From: a virus
Lineage: Duplodnaviria > Caudoviricetes
Length of the DNA stretch: 28,726 nt
Virus record (IMG/VR): IMGVR_UViG_3300049167_000044
Coordinates: 1-28,726 of that record
Reading direction: 5' to 3' (one strand)
The notes beneath the pieces were generated by a model. The model was not told the DNA's origin. It saw only the letters and a program-made list of their open reading frames with translations, and made no database searches. Below, piece by piece: positions 1 to 7,794 of the stretch. Each line of letters opens with the position of its first letter. Position 1 is the first letter of the stretch. Both the position numbers and the translations under genes were made by a program.

Positions 1-1
1 G

Positions 2-253
2 CTGCGGACCGTCGGCTGGTGCGCCGAGCACTACGACGAGCAGGGCGCCGTCTGCCTCGTCCGCGCCATCCGCACCGAAGCTGGCGGCGGAACCCTCGGC
101 GGCCAGGCCTGCGCCTTCCTCCTCGACGTGATTCGCGCCGAGTTCGGCCCCTGGGAAACCGTCCCCTCCTGGAACGACGCCCAAGTCGGCCCCGCTGCCC
201 CGCTCCGCGTCCTTGGTCACGCCGCCGAACAAGCCGCAGCCCACGGCATCTGA
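2..253 (+). CDS. 3' part of a hypothetical protein, DUF6197-like (runs off the window start)
   Basis: Open frame 2 translated by hand: LRTVGWCAEHYDEQGAVCLVRAIR...ETVPSWNDAQ...AAAHGI*. It has high GC3 and the GW..G..CL..AI and V..WND motifs. A hairpin follows. Confidence 0.6.
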   Translation: MRTVGWCAEHYDEQGAVCLVRAIRTEAGGGTLGGQACAFLLDVIRAEFGPWETVPSWNDAQVGPAAPLRVLGHAAEQAAAHGI

Positions 254-261
254 AGGCGAGA

Positions 262-294
262 AGCGCCCCACCCACAGTCAGGGGGTGGGGCGCT
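262..294. terminator. Hairpin between convergent genes, probably a bidirectional terminator
   Basis: AGCGCCCCACCC (262-273) pairs with GGGTGGGGCGCT (283-294). Confidence 0.6.
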
Positions 295-466
295 CGCCTG
301 CATCCAGAGACGGCCGCACCCGCGCCGTCCACCGGTCCGTGCCGATCTGCGCCGGCCGCTGCAGCACCGTCACCTCGACACCCAGCTGCGCGAGCCGCGA
401 CAGCAGCGCCAGACCCTCGGCGCACTCCTCCGCCGTATCCGCGATCACCCCGAAACGCAGCCCCAT
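278..466 (-). CDS. Small hypothetical protein (62 aa; alternative start 499)
   Basis: MGLRFGVIADTAEECAEGLALLSRLAQLGVEVTVLQRPAQIGTDRWTARV has a protein-like composition. It is the C-terminal part of track ORF 278..988. Confidence 0.55.
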   Translation of the reverse strand: MGLRFGVIADTAEECAEGLALLSRLAQLGVEVTVLQRPAQIGTDRWTARVRPSLDAGERPTP

Positions 467-522
467 AACGCGCCAGTCTGCCGCCCCCGGCCCGTCCATA
501 GGCGTGTAATCACCCAGATGGC

Positions 523-551
523 TTGATCTATAGCCGCTTCCTATGCACAAT
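523..551 (+). promoter_or_regulatory. Putative HrdB/sigma70-type promoter
   Basis: TTGATC (523-528), 17 bp spacer, CACAAT (546-551), in an AT-richer intergenic stretch. Confidence 0.45.
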
Positions 552-584
552 GGCGAACAGCGCCACCAGTGCGCCCACAAACAG

Positions 585-607
585 CCCCCGCCACGTGCGG
601 GGGTTTT
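585..607 (+). terminator. Intrinsic terminator or attenuator in the leader of ORF 629
   Basis: CCCCCGC-cacgt-GCGGGGG followed by TTTT. Confidence 0.6.
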
Positions 608-628
608 CGCATTCCCGGGAGGTGACCC

Positions 629-871
629 ATGGAGGACACCCACCGACAGGCCGGCCTCGACGGCGAAGGCGGCATCTGGTTCACCGTCCGACAGGCCGCC
701 AAGTTCACCAACCGGCGCATCGAAACGATCTACTCGTGGGAACGCCGCGGCCTCCTCACCAACCCGCGGCACGACGAGTACGGCCGGCGCATCTACAGCC
801 AGCAGCAGATCGCCGAAGTCGAGAAGCAGGTCCGGCCCCGCGCCCAGCGGATCCTCCGCCGCGCCGCCTGA
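629..871 (+). CDS. MerR/excisionase-like HTH DNA-binding protein (80 aa)
   Basis: FTVRQAAKFTNRRIETIYSWERRGLL..P.HDEYGRRIYS matches the MerR winged-HTH pattern. GGAGGT RBS. Confidence 0.85.
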   Translation: MEDTHRQAGLDGEGGIWFTVRQAAKFTNRRIETIYSWERRGLLTNPRHDEYGRRIYSQQQIAEVEKQVRPRAQRILRRAA

Positions 872-1077
872 TCGTCCTGCCGCTGCCGGGCCCCCGCCGG
901 GCGGCAGGACACCCGCTCCGGGTGCCGTCACCTCACCAGCCCGGAGCGGGCCCCACACGCCGAGGCCTCGGGCTGATCCGGACGACACGACCGCGTGACA
1001 AGCTCACCGAACCGGATGACAGTCATCCGATCCGCCCTCATGATTGCGTGACCAACCACGCGATCTCAGGGGGGATC

Positions 1078-1458
1078 ATGTTCGGAAGCAAGAAGACGCC
1101 CGAGGAGAAGGCCGCAGCCGCCCGTCAGAGGCAGCTCACGGGAGCCGCAGCGGCAGCAGGACTCACCGTCATGGGCGGCCAGTTCAGGGCCCCCAACCAG
1201 CAGCCCGTCCCCGTCGAAGGGGCGCGCATCACCATCGAGCGCGGCGAGGAAGCAGGGAAGCGCGTCACCGCCACCCGGGTCCTCCTCACCGGACTCTTCG
1301 CCCTGCTGCTGAAGAAGGACATGAACCAGCTTTTCATCACCATCGAGAACGGCGACAAGGTCATGCTCTGCCCCGTGCCGACGAAGAAGGAAGGCGCGGC
1401 CCGCATCTTCGCCACCATGGTCAATGGCGAAGCGACAGGCGTCACCAAGACGGAGTAG
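1078..1458 (+). CDS. Hypothetical protein (126 aa) with a hydrophobic RVTATRVLLTGLFALLLKK segment
   Basis: ATG 1078 follows a G-rich RBS; high GC3; followed by a terminator hairpin. Confidence 0.8.
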   Translation: MFGSKKTPEEKAAAARQRQLTGAAAAAGLTVMGGQFRAPNQQPVPVEGARITIERGEEAGKRVTATRVLLTGLFALLLKKDMNQLFITIENGDKVMLCPVPTKKEGAARIFATMVNGEATGVTKTE

Positions 1459-1474
1459 CGCGCATTGCACGTAG

Positions 1475-1501
1475 GAGGCCCCGCTCGCACTGCGGGGCCT
1501 C
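1475..1501 (+). terminator. Terminator-like hairpin
   Basis: GAGGCCCCGC pairs with GCGGGGCCTC (10 bp stem). Confidence 0.6.
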
Positions 1502-1525
1502 ACGCATGCCTAGGGGGCTTGCCGG

Positions 1526-2029
1526 TTGTCCAAGAAGCGATGCCCCAAGTGCGTGCAGTGGCTAGACGTCAACTGCTTCAGTAAGAACAGGCGGCATGCA
1601 GACGGGCTTCAGACGTACTGCAAGCAATGCTCCGACGCCTACCGCACAGGCCGTGGGTACAAGCTGAGCGCAGAAGCGAAAGAGCGGAAGCGTCAACGGG
1701 AGCGAGACGCGTACAGGGAGTGCCCCGAGAAGCGCTGGGAGCAGAACCTGGCGCGCAAGTACGGGATCACAGCCGAGAAGTACTTCGAGATGCTCGAAGC
1801 ACAGGGCGGCTTCTGTGCTATCTGCCTGCGCCCACCCGGCAAGAAGCGTCTGCATGTAGATCACTGCCACATCAGTGGACGAGTGCGTGGCCTTCTGTGT
1901 GACGACTGCAACCTTGGGATCGGCAAGCTCGGAGATGACCCATCGAGGGTCATGTCTGCGGCTGCATACCTGCAGCATGGCCCTCGATGGCGCGGGCTCA
2001 CGCTGCTTGTTTACGAGGATCCTTCGTAG
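1526..2029 (+). CDS. Endonuclease VII-domain protein (free-standing, homing-endonuclease-like)
   Basis: N-terminal CxxC..F.KN....DGL..YCK.C zinc motif, then YGIT...Y..ML..Q.G.CAIC and LHVDHCH.SG.VRGLLC..CN.GIG...DD. Lower GC than its neighbours. TTG start is uncertain. Confidence 0.9.
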   Translation: MSKKRCPKCVQWLDVNCFSKNRRHADGLQTYCKQCSDAYRTGRGYKLSAEAKERKRQRERDAYRECPEKRWEQNLARKYGITAEKYFEMLEAQGGFCAICLRPPGKKRLHVDHCHISGRVRGLLCDDCNLGIGKLGDDPSRVMSAAAYLQHGPRWRGLTLLVYEDPS

Positions 2030-2070
2030 GTATCCAAGCCAGCGTTGTGTTCAGCGCAAGGGAGGTGGCC

Positions 2071-2448
2071 ATGCCAGTCGCCCCTCCCACCCGCTGCGGT
2101 GCCGCAGGTTGCCACGCCTTCGTGACCAACAGAGGCCGATGCGACGAGCACCAGCCTCAACCGTGGGCCAACAGGGCACGCAAGCAGGACCGGTACGGCA
2201 TGAGCTCAGGCACCATGCGCTCCCTGAAGCGACGCGTCGCAGTCCGGGACAACAGCTCCTGCTACGTGTGCGGGCGCGAGGCCGACGAGGGCGAGGTCTT
2301 CGACCTGGAGCACAAGCGGCCGATCAGCCTCGGTGGATCACCCGACGACATGGAGAACCTGGGGCTGATCTGCGCCGAGGACCACGCGATCAAGAGCAAG
2401 GCCGAGGCCGCGGCAGCCAACCGGCGGCGGGCCAGGCCAGCCGACTGA
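2071..2448 (+). CDS. HNH endonuclease, terminase-associated (HK97 gp74-like)
   Basis: MP..P..RC...GC...GRC..H N-terminus; RD...CYVCG; LEHKRPISLGG...MENL..IC..DH..KS; GGAGGT RBS; lies directly before TerS. Confidence 0.9.
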   Translation: MPVAPPTRCGAAGCHAFVTNRGRCDEHQPQPWANRARKQDRYGMSSGTMRSLKRRVAVRDNSSCYVCGREADEGEVFDLEHKRPISLGGSPDDMENLGLICAEDHAIKSKAEAAAANRRRARPAD

Positions 2449-2465
2449 CAAAGCCGCAGGTCAGA

Positions 2466-2545
2466 TGGGGTAGGGGAGTCTAGATCCCTGAGCTGATCGC
2501 CAGGGGGCCCGCCGCGGTCAGTGAAAAAGGCGCCTGCACAGAATC
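2466..2545. other. Probable cos/packaging region; candidate overhang near CCCGCCGCGGTCA (2508-2520)
   Basis: Non-coding gap between HNH and TerS, the usual cos location in HNH/P27-TerS phages. It has a GGGGTAGGGGAGTC run, a GC-rich core and an A-tract. Confidence 0.5.
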
Positions 2546-2566
2546 CGGGATAGGGGGTCTGTGATC

Positions 2567-3022
2567 ATGGGGCGTACCGCTCAGCCCGCAGCCCTCAAGC
2601 TGATCAAGGGGCGCGGCGACGGCAAGGACACCGCTGGCCGGCCGGTCAACCAGGGCCCGGCGTTCAAGAGACTCCCGCCCAACCCTCCGACGTGGCTGTC
2701 GACGGAGGCGGCTGCCGAGTGGAAGCGCGTGGTGCCCGGCCTCTCGCGGCTGGACCTGCTCAAGCCGGAGGACCGAGCGGCGCTGGCCGCGTACTGCGAG
2801 GCGTGGGCGACGTTCGTGTCGGCGACCCGGACTGTCCAGGAGGAGGGCCTCGTCATTGAGGCCCGCCAGGGGAAGCTCGCGCATCCCTGCGTGGGCATCG
2901 CCCGCGCGGCGGGGCGGGAGATGAGGAGCTGGGCGGCTCACTTCGGGCTGACTCCGTCGACGGAGCAGGCCCTTGCGAGGGGGGCCGACGATGGCAACGA
3001 GGACGACAACCCGTTCGCGTAA
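2567..3022 (+). CDS. terS: Terminase small subunit, P27 family
   Basis: P.PP.WLS.EA..EW.R; D.AALAAYCEAW; HP.V; FGLTPS; DNPF end. Confidence 0.93.
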   Translation: MGRTAQPAALKLIKGRGDGKDTAGRPVNQGPAFKRLPPNPPTWLSTEAAAEWKRVVPGLSRLDLLKPEDRAALAAYCEAWATFVSATRTVQEEGLVIEARQGKLAHPCVGIARAAGREMRSWAAHFGLTPSTEQALARGADDGNEDDNPFA

Positions 3023-4742
3023 GAAGCCTCCCGCCGGTCCCGATGCGGCTGAGCTGGAGCGACTGAAGCTGTCGCCCGAGGTGGCCTGGTACCTGACCGA
3101 GCGCGGAATTCCGCTGCCTGACTGCCCGCCGCTGGTACAGACGCCTTCGCCGGGCGAGGCGCCGGGCGCCGTGTTCGATCCGGAGCGGGTCGACAAGGTG
3201 ATCCAGGCGTTCTCGCTTCTGCGGCACACGCAGGGCCAGTGGGCGGGGCAGCCGCTACGGCCGGATCCGTGGCAGGTGGCGTACATCCTGGCGCCGGTGT
3301 TCGGCTGGGTCCGCTGGGATGAGGACTCGCAGACCTACGTGCGGATCGTGCGCGAGCTGTACGTGGACGTGCCGCGGAAGAACGGCAAGTCCACCCTGGC
3401 CGGCGGCCTGGCGATCTACATGACGTGCGCGGACGGGGAGCAGGGCGCCCAGGTCATCACCGCGGCGACGACGAAGGAGCAGGCTGGCTTCGTCTTCGAG
3501 CCGGTGAGGAAGCTCGCCGAGGCGGCCCCGGCGCTGAAGAAGCACGTCCTGCCGCTGAAGGACAAGATCCTGCACAAGCGGTCCGGCTCGTACTTCAAGC
3601 CGATCGCGTCGGTGGCCGGCGCCCAGCACGGCGCGAACATCCACTGCGCGATCGTCGATGAGCTGCACGAGCACAAGACGCCCGAGCTGGTGGAGACCAT
3701 CGAGACGGGCACGGGTTCGCGCCGGCAGCCGCTGGTGTGCATCATCACGACGGCCGACTCGGGGAAGCGTGAGTCGGTGTACGACCGGAAGCGGCAGCGG
3801 GTGGAGAAGTTGTCGCGCCGGGTATTTGCGGCCCCGTCGGTGTACGGCGTGGTGTGGGCGGCGGAGCGGGATGACGATCCGCACGTGGAGGCGACGTGGC
3901 GGAAGGCGAACCCTGGGTACGGGGTCTCGCCGACTCGTGCGTACCTGCAGGCCAAGTCGGATGAGGCGAAGCAGAGCCCCGCGGACCTGGCCAAGTTCCT
4001 GCGGCTGCATCTGGGGCGCCGGACGAAACAAGAGACGAAGTTCCTGACGCTGGAGTCCTGGCACCGGAACGCCGGCATGGTCGATGAGGCCCGGCTGCGC
4101 GGCCGGGAGGCGTATGGCGGCCTGGACTTGGCGGCGACGTCCGACCTGTGCGCGCTGTGCTGGCTGTTCCCGGACGACGAGCGCGGCGGCTTCGATGCCC
4201 TGTGGCGGTTGTGGACGCCGGAGGACAACGTCGACGCCCTGGACCAGCGCACGGCGGGCGCCGCGAGCGTGTGGGTGCGCGAGGGCCTGCTGGTGGCGAC
4301 GCCGGGGAACGTCGCGGACTACGACTACATCCAGCTGCAGATCGAGCGGGACATGGATGCCTTCGATGTCCGCAGCATCGGGTTCGACCCCTGGTCGGCG
4401 GTCCCGCTGACGAACAAGCTGGCCGAGGCCGAGGCGCCCATGGTGAAGGTTCGGCAGGGATTCGTCACCATGTCGCCGCCGCTGAAGGAGCTGCAGCGTC
4501 TGCTCCTGAAGGGCACCCCGGAGGTGCCGCAGCTGCGGCACGGCGGGAACCCGGCGGTGACGTGGATGGTGGACAACCTCGCGGTGGCGATGGACCCGGC
4601 GGGGAACGTGAAGCCGGACAAGGCCCGCAGCGCGGAGAAAATCGACGCCGTGTCGGCGCTGGTGACCGCGATGTCTGAGGCGATGACCCGCGAGGCCCCG
4701 GTGAAGTCGGCTTACGAGGACGGCGACCTGATGGTCCTGTGA
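2991..4742 (+). CDS. terL: Terminase large subunit (Terminase_1 type)
   Basis: Walker A VPRKNGKS, Walker B AIVDELH, ITTA motif, W.KANP, GGLDLA..SDL, FDPW and KIDAVSA nuclease motifs. Confidence 0.97.
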   Translation: MATRTTTRSRKKPPAGPDAAELERLKLSPEVAWYLTERGIPLPDCPPLVQTPSPGEAPGAVFDPERVDKVIQAFSLLRHTQGQWAGQPLRPDPWQVAYILAPVFGWVRWDEDSQTYVRIVRELYVDVPRKNGKSTLAGGLAIYMTCADGEQGAQVITAATTKEQAGFVFEPVRKLAEAAPALKKHVLPLKDKILHKRSGSYFKPIASVAGAQHGANIHCAIVDELHEHKTPELVETIETGTGSRRQPLVCIITTADSGKRESVYDRKRQRVEKLSRRVFAAPSVYGVVWAAERDDDPHVEATWRKANPGYGVSPTRAYLQAKSDEAKQSPADLAKFLRLHLGRRTKQETKFLTLESWHRNAGMVDEARLRGREAYGGLDLAATSDLCALCWLFPDDERGGFDALWRLWTPEDNVDALDQRTAGAASVWVREGLLVATPGNVADYDYIQLQIERDMDAFDVRSIGFDPWSAVPLTNKLAEAEAPMVKVRQGFVTMSPPLKELQRLLLKGTPEVPQLRHGGNPAVTWMVDNLAVAMDPAGNVKPDKARSAEKIDAVSALVTAMSEAMTREAPVKSAYEDGDLMVL

Positions 4743-4753
4743 GGAGGTCTGCC

Positions 4754-4975
4754 GTGTGGGGCTGGTTCCCGTGGCGCCGTACTGCGGTGCGCAGGCGTGT
4801 GGTGGTGAACCTGGCGGACAAGGCGTTCGCCGGGATCCTGTGGGACAAGCGCGGCCCGCTGCTGGTGCTGAAGGACGCGGTACTGATGCAGCACGGCGCC
4901 GCGGACACGCCGATGGACGGCGAGGTCATCGTCGAACGGTCCCGGGTCGACTTCATCCAAGTCCTGGGAGGCTGA
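4754..4975 (+). CDS. Small protein between TerL and portal, possible Sm/LSm-like fold (73 aa)
   Basis: GAGGAGG RBS with GTG 4754; RVVVNL...FAGIL......LVLKDA.........GEVIVERSRVDFIQV. Confidence 0.8.
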   Translation: MWGWFPWRRTAVRRRVVVNLADKAFAGILWDKRGPLLVLKDAVLMQHGAADTPMDGEVIVERSRVDFIQVLGG

Positions 4976-4976
4976 C

Positions 4977-6944
4977 GTGGTCTTCGTCGTCTCCCAGGGC
5001 CAGCTCGGCGCCGTGTCGGTGGCCCCGTCGCTGCTGGCGCCGCAGTACGTGCAGCTCGCCGCGGACACGTTCCACGAGTACGGGCACCTGTACCGGGTGC
5101 AGCCGCAGATCCGCACGGTGGTGTCCTTCCTGGCCCGGAACATCGCCCAGCTGGGACTGCACACCTACCGGCGGGTGTCGGACACGGACCGGGAGCGGCT
5201 GACGGACCACCCGCTCCCGCGGATTCTGGCCGCGCCGGGCGCGCGCCTGACCCGGTACCGGCTGATCGAGCGGCTGGTGTCGGACATCGGGATCTACGAC
5301 AAGGCGTTCTGGGTGAAGGTCCGCATGGACTCCGGTGAGCTGCTGGGCGTGATCCCGGTGCCGCCGTCCCGGATGGAGCTGCAGGGCGACAGCTGGCTGG
5401 AGCCGGAGCGTTTCGTCGTCCACGGCTCGAGGGGTGAGCTGCACCTGACCCCGGACCAGGTCGTGTACTTCCACGGCTACGACCCGGACGATCTGCGCGA
5501 GGGCTCGTCGCCGATCGAGTCCCTGCGGTCGATGCTGCAGGAGGAGTTCGAGGCGACCCGGTCACGCGAGCAGATGTGGCGCAACGGAGGCAGATTGTCC
5601 GGGGTGCTGAAGCGGCCCGCAGACGCACCCAAGTGGGACCCGACGGCCAAGGCCCGGTTCGGCGAGTCGTGGAAGGCCTACACGGCGGGCGGCGGGTCTG
5701 CCGGGGGGACGCCGATCCTCGAGGACGGCATGGACTACGTGCAGCTCGCCCTCGACCCGCAGAAAGCCCAGTACATCGAGGCCCGCAAGCTGACCCGCGA
5801 GGAAGTCGCGGCGGCCTACCACATCCCGCTGCCGATGGTCGGGATCCTCGACAACGCCACGTTCTCCAACATCAAGGAGCAGCACCAGCATCTCTACCAG
5901 GACACCCTCGGCCCGTGGCTGCAGATGATCCAGGAGGAGATCGGGCTCCAGCTCATCCCTGACCTGCCGGACAGCCAGGACGTGTATGTCGAGTTCAACC
6001 TGCAGGAGAAGCTGCGCGGCTCCTTCGAGGAGCAGGCGGCCCAGCTGCAAACGGCGGTCGGCGCCCCGTGGCTGCTGCGGAACGAAGCCCGCGCGCGCAT
6101 GAACCTGCCGGCCATCGACGGCGGCGACGACCTGATCACCCCGATGAACGTCACGGTCGGGGGCCTGGCCTCGCCGACGGACACGGCACCCGATCCGGCG
6201 GAGGCTCCGGCGCTCCCAAAAGGGCGGGGCCGCCTGGTGCTGATGAAGGCGGCCGGGCCGACGAAGCCGGAAGACCTGGGGGACTTCGACGAGGAGCGTG
6301 ACGCTCTGGTCGCCTCGCTGGAGCGCTGGACGAAGCGGCAGGCCGCCCGCCTGATCACACGTGCGGGCGCGAAAGCGGACGGCGTGCCGGACCTGCTGGC
6401 CTGGTGGGACGAGGGCTCGGAGGACCGGCTGGCCGAGCTGACGTCTCTGCTCCATGGGCACGGGTACCGGATCGCGCAGCTCGCGGCCTGGGGGGTCCTC
6501 GCGGACTTCAACCCGGAGGCGGCCGGCTGGGATCCGGAGGTCATGCTGCCGTGGCTTCTGGCCGCGGCCGAGACGCACGCCGCCCAGCACGAGCAGGCCG
6601 GCCGGGACGCGGTCGCGGCGGTCGACGACAGCGGCGACGGGTGGCAGGAGAACCTGCGTCACGCCGCCGAGGTGTGGTCGGTCGCGGCGGCGGTGCGCGC
6701 CTCGACGGTGAGCACGGAGGCCCGCGGGTTCGGGTCGCACGACGCGGCGGGCGCCTCCGGGGTGACACGCAAGATCTGGCGGACCGGGGGGACGAACCCG
6801 CGGCCGTCGCACCGGGCACAGGACGGCGAGGCCGTGAGCCTCGACGACGTGTTCAGCAACGGCCTTCGGTGGCCCGGTGACGGCAAGGGCGAGGCCAAGG
6901 AAACCGCGAACTGCAAATGCCGTCTCGACTACGCAACGGAGTGA
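4977..6944 (+). CDS. HK97-family portal protein with a C-terminal MuF-like (head morphogenesis) domain
   Basis: Portal motifs IAQL.LH.Y, G.SPIESL, NGGR.SGVL, ILEDGM.Y, IE.RK...EEVA..Y.IP, NEARAR.NLP.I.GGD. The C-terminus KIW.T....R.SH...DGE.V.LD..FSNGL.WPGD......E..NC.C is the MuF signature. Confidence 0.95.
   Translation: MVFVVSQGQLGAVSVAPSLLAPQYVQLAADTFHEYGHLYRVQPQIRTVVSFLARNIAQLGLHTYRRVSDTDRERLTDHPLPRILAAPGARLTRYRLIERLVSDIGIYDKAFWVKVRMDSGELLGVIPVPPSRMELQGDSWLEPERFVVHGSRGELHLTPDQVVYFHGYDPDDLREGSSPIESLRSMLQEEFEATRSREQMWRNGGRLSGVLKRPADAPKWDPTAKARFGESWKAYTAGGGSAGGTPILEDGMDYVQLALDPQKAQYIEARKLTREEVAAAYHIPLPMVGILDNATFSNIKEQHQHLYQDTLGPWLQMIQEEIGLQLIPDLPDSQDVYVEFNLQEKLRGSFEEQAAQLQTAVGAPWLLRNEARARMNLPAIDGGDDLITPMNVTVGGLASPTDTAPDPAEAPALPKGRGRLVLMKAAGPTKPEDLGDFDEERDALVASLERWTKRQAARLITRAGAKADGVPDLLAWWDEGSEDRLAELTSLLHGHGYRIAQLAAWGVLADFNPEAAGWDPEVMLPWLLAAAETHAAQHEQAGRDAVAAVDDSGDGWQENLRHAAEVWSVAAAVRASTVSTEARGFGSHDAAGASGVTRKIWRTGGTNPRPSHRAQDGEAVSLDDVFSNGLRWPGDGKGEAKETANCKCRLDYATE
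6215..6254 (+). other. Candidate programmed -1 ribosomal frameshift signal in the portal gene
   Basis: In-frame C CCA AAA (6215-6221), 6-nt spacer, then 8-bp stem GGCCGCCT/AGGCGGCC. The -1 frame stops at 6299-6301. Confidence 0.6.
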
Positions 6945-6946
6945 CG

Positions 6947-7786
6947 ATGCGAATCAAGAGCTGCCCCGTGCGCATCAAGGCGGCGGGCGAGCACGAGGGG
7001 ACCGACGAGGGGACGTTCGAGGCGATCGTCGCCGCGTACAACCTGGACAGCGTCGGCGACAAGATCACCCCGGGGGCGTTCGCCGCGACGCTCGCCGAGT
7101 GGAAGGGCCGCGGCGACCCGATCCCGGTCCTGTGGTCGCACATGTCCCACGACCCGGAGTACCACATCGGCGAGGTGCTGGAGGCCGAGGAGCGCCCGGA
7201 GGGCCTGTGGGTGAAGGCCCGCATCGACACCGAGCCCGGCAGCAAGGCCGCCCAGGTGTACAAGCTGCTCAAGGGCCGCCGGGTCACGCAGTTCAGCTTC
7301 GCCTACGACGTCGAGGAGGGCGCGTGGGTCGACCAGAAGGACGGGGAGGGCTACTACGAGCTGCGCAAGCTCAAGCTCTACGAGGTCGGCCCCACGCTGA
7401 TCGGCGCGAACCAGGCGACGGAGCTGCTGGACGTGAAGTCCGCCGACGGCGCCACCATGCGCATCGCGGTCGAAGGCGCTTCCGCCGCACAGACCGAAGA
7501 GCTTCGCCAGGCCCTGACGGGGGCCATGGCGGCGAAGGCCGGCAGGACGCTGTCGGCGAAGAATGAGGAACGCGTCCGGGAGATCGGGCGCCTCGCGAAG
7601 GAGCTGCTGGACTCCGTCTCTTCCAGCACCGATGACGATGAGAAGGCCACGCCTGTCCCGCCCCAGACCCCCTCGTCGCAGGTGACTGCGGCCAAGGAGG
7701 CTCCGGCCGGCCCGAGCCCCGCCTCGCTCCGTCTGCAATCAGACCTCGCCGCTCTGGCGGCCGAGGCCTTCTCGCTTACGGACTGA
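6947..7786 (+). CDS. HK97-family prohead maturation protease
   Basis: G.FEA.V..YN.DS.GD.I.PGAF; PVLWSH; GLWVKA; FSFAY; L.EVGPTL.GAN..T. Confidence 0.95.
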   Translation: MRIKSCPVRIKAAGEHEGTDEGTFEAIVAAYNLDSVGDKITPGAFAATLAEWKGRGDPIPVLWSHMSHDPEYHIGEVLEAEERPEGLWVKARIDTEPGSKAAQVYKLLKGRRVTQFSFAYDVEEGAWVDQKDGEGYYELRKLKLYEVGPTLIGANQATELLDVKSADGATMRIAVEGASAAQTEELRQALTGAMAAKAGRTLSAKNEERVREIGRLAKELLDSVSSSTDDDEKATPVPPQTPSSQVTAAKEAPAGPSPASLRLQSDLAALAAEAFSLTD

Positions 7787-7794
7787 GGAGAGCC

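Noticed and set aside
6760-6944. MuF polymorphic toxin system
   Set aside because: The MuF domain ends at the NCKC motif with no toxin extension, and no immunity gene follows.
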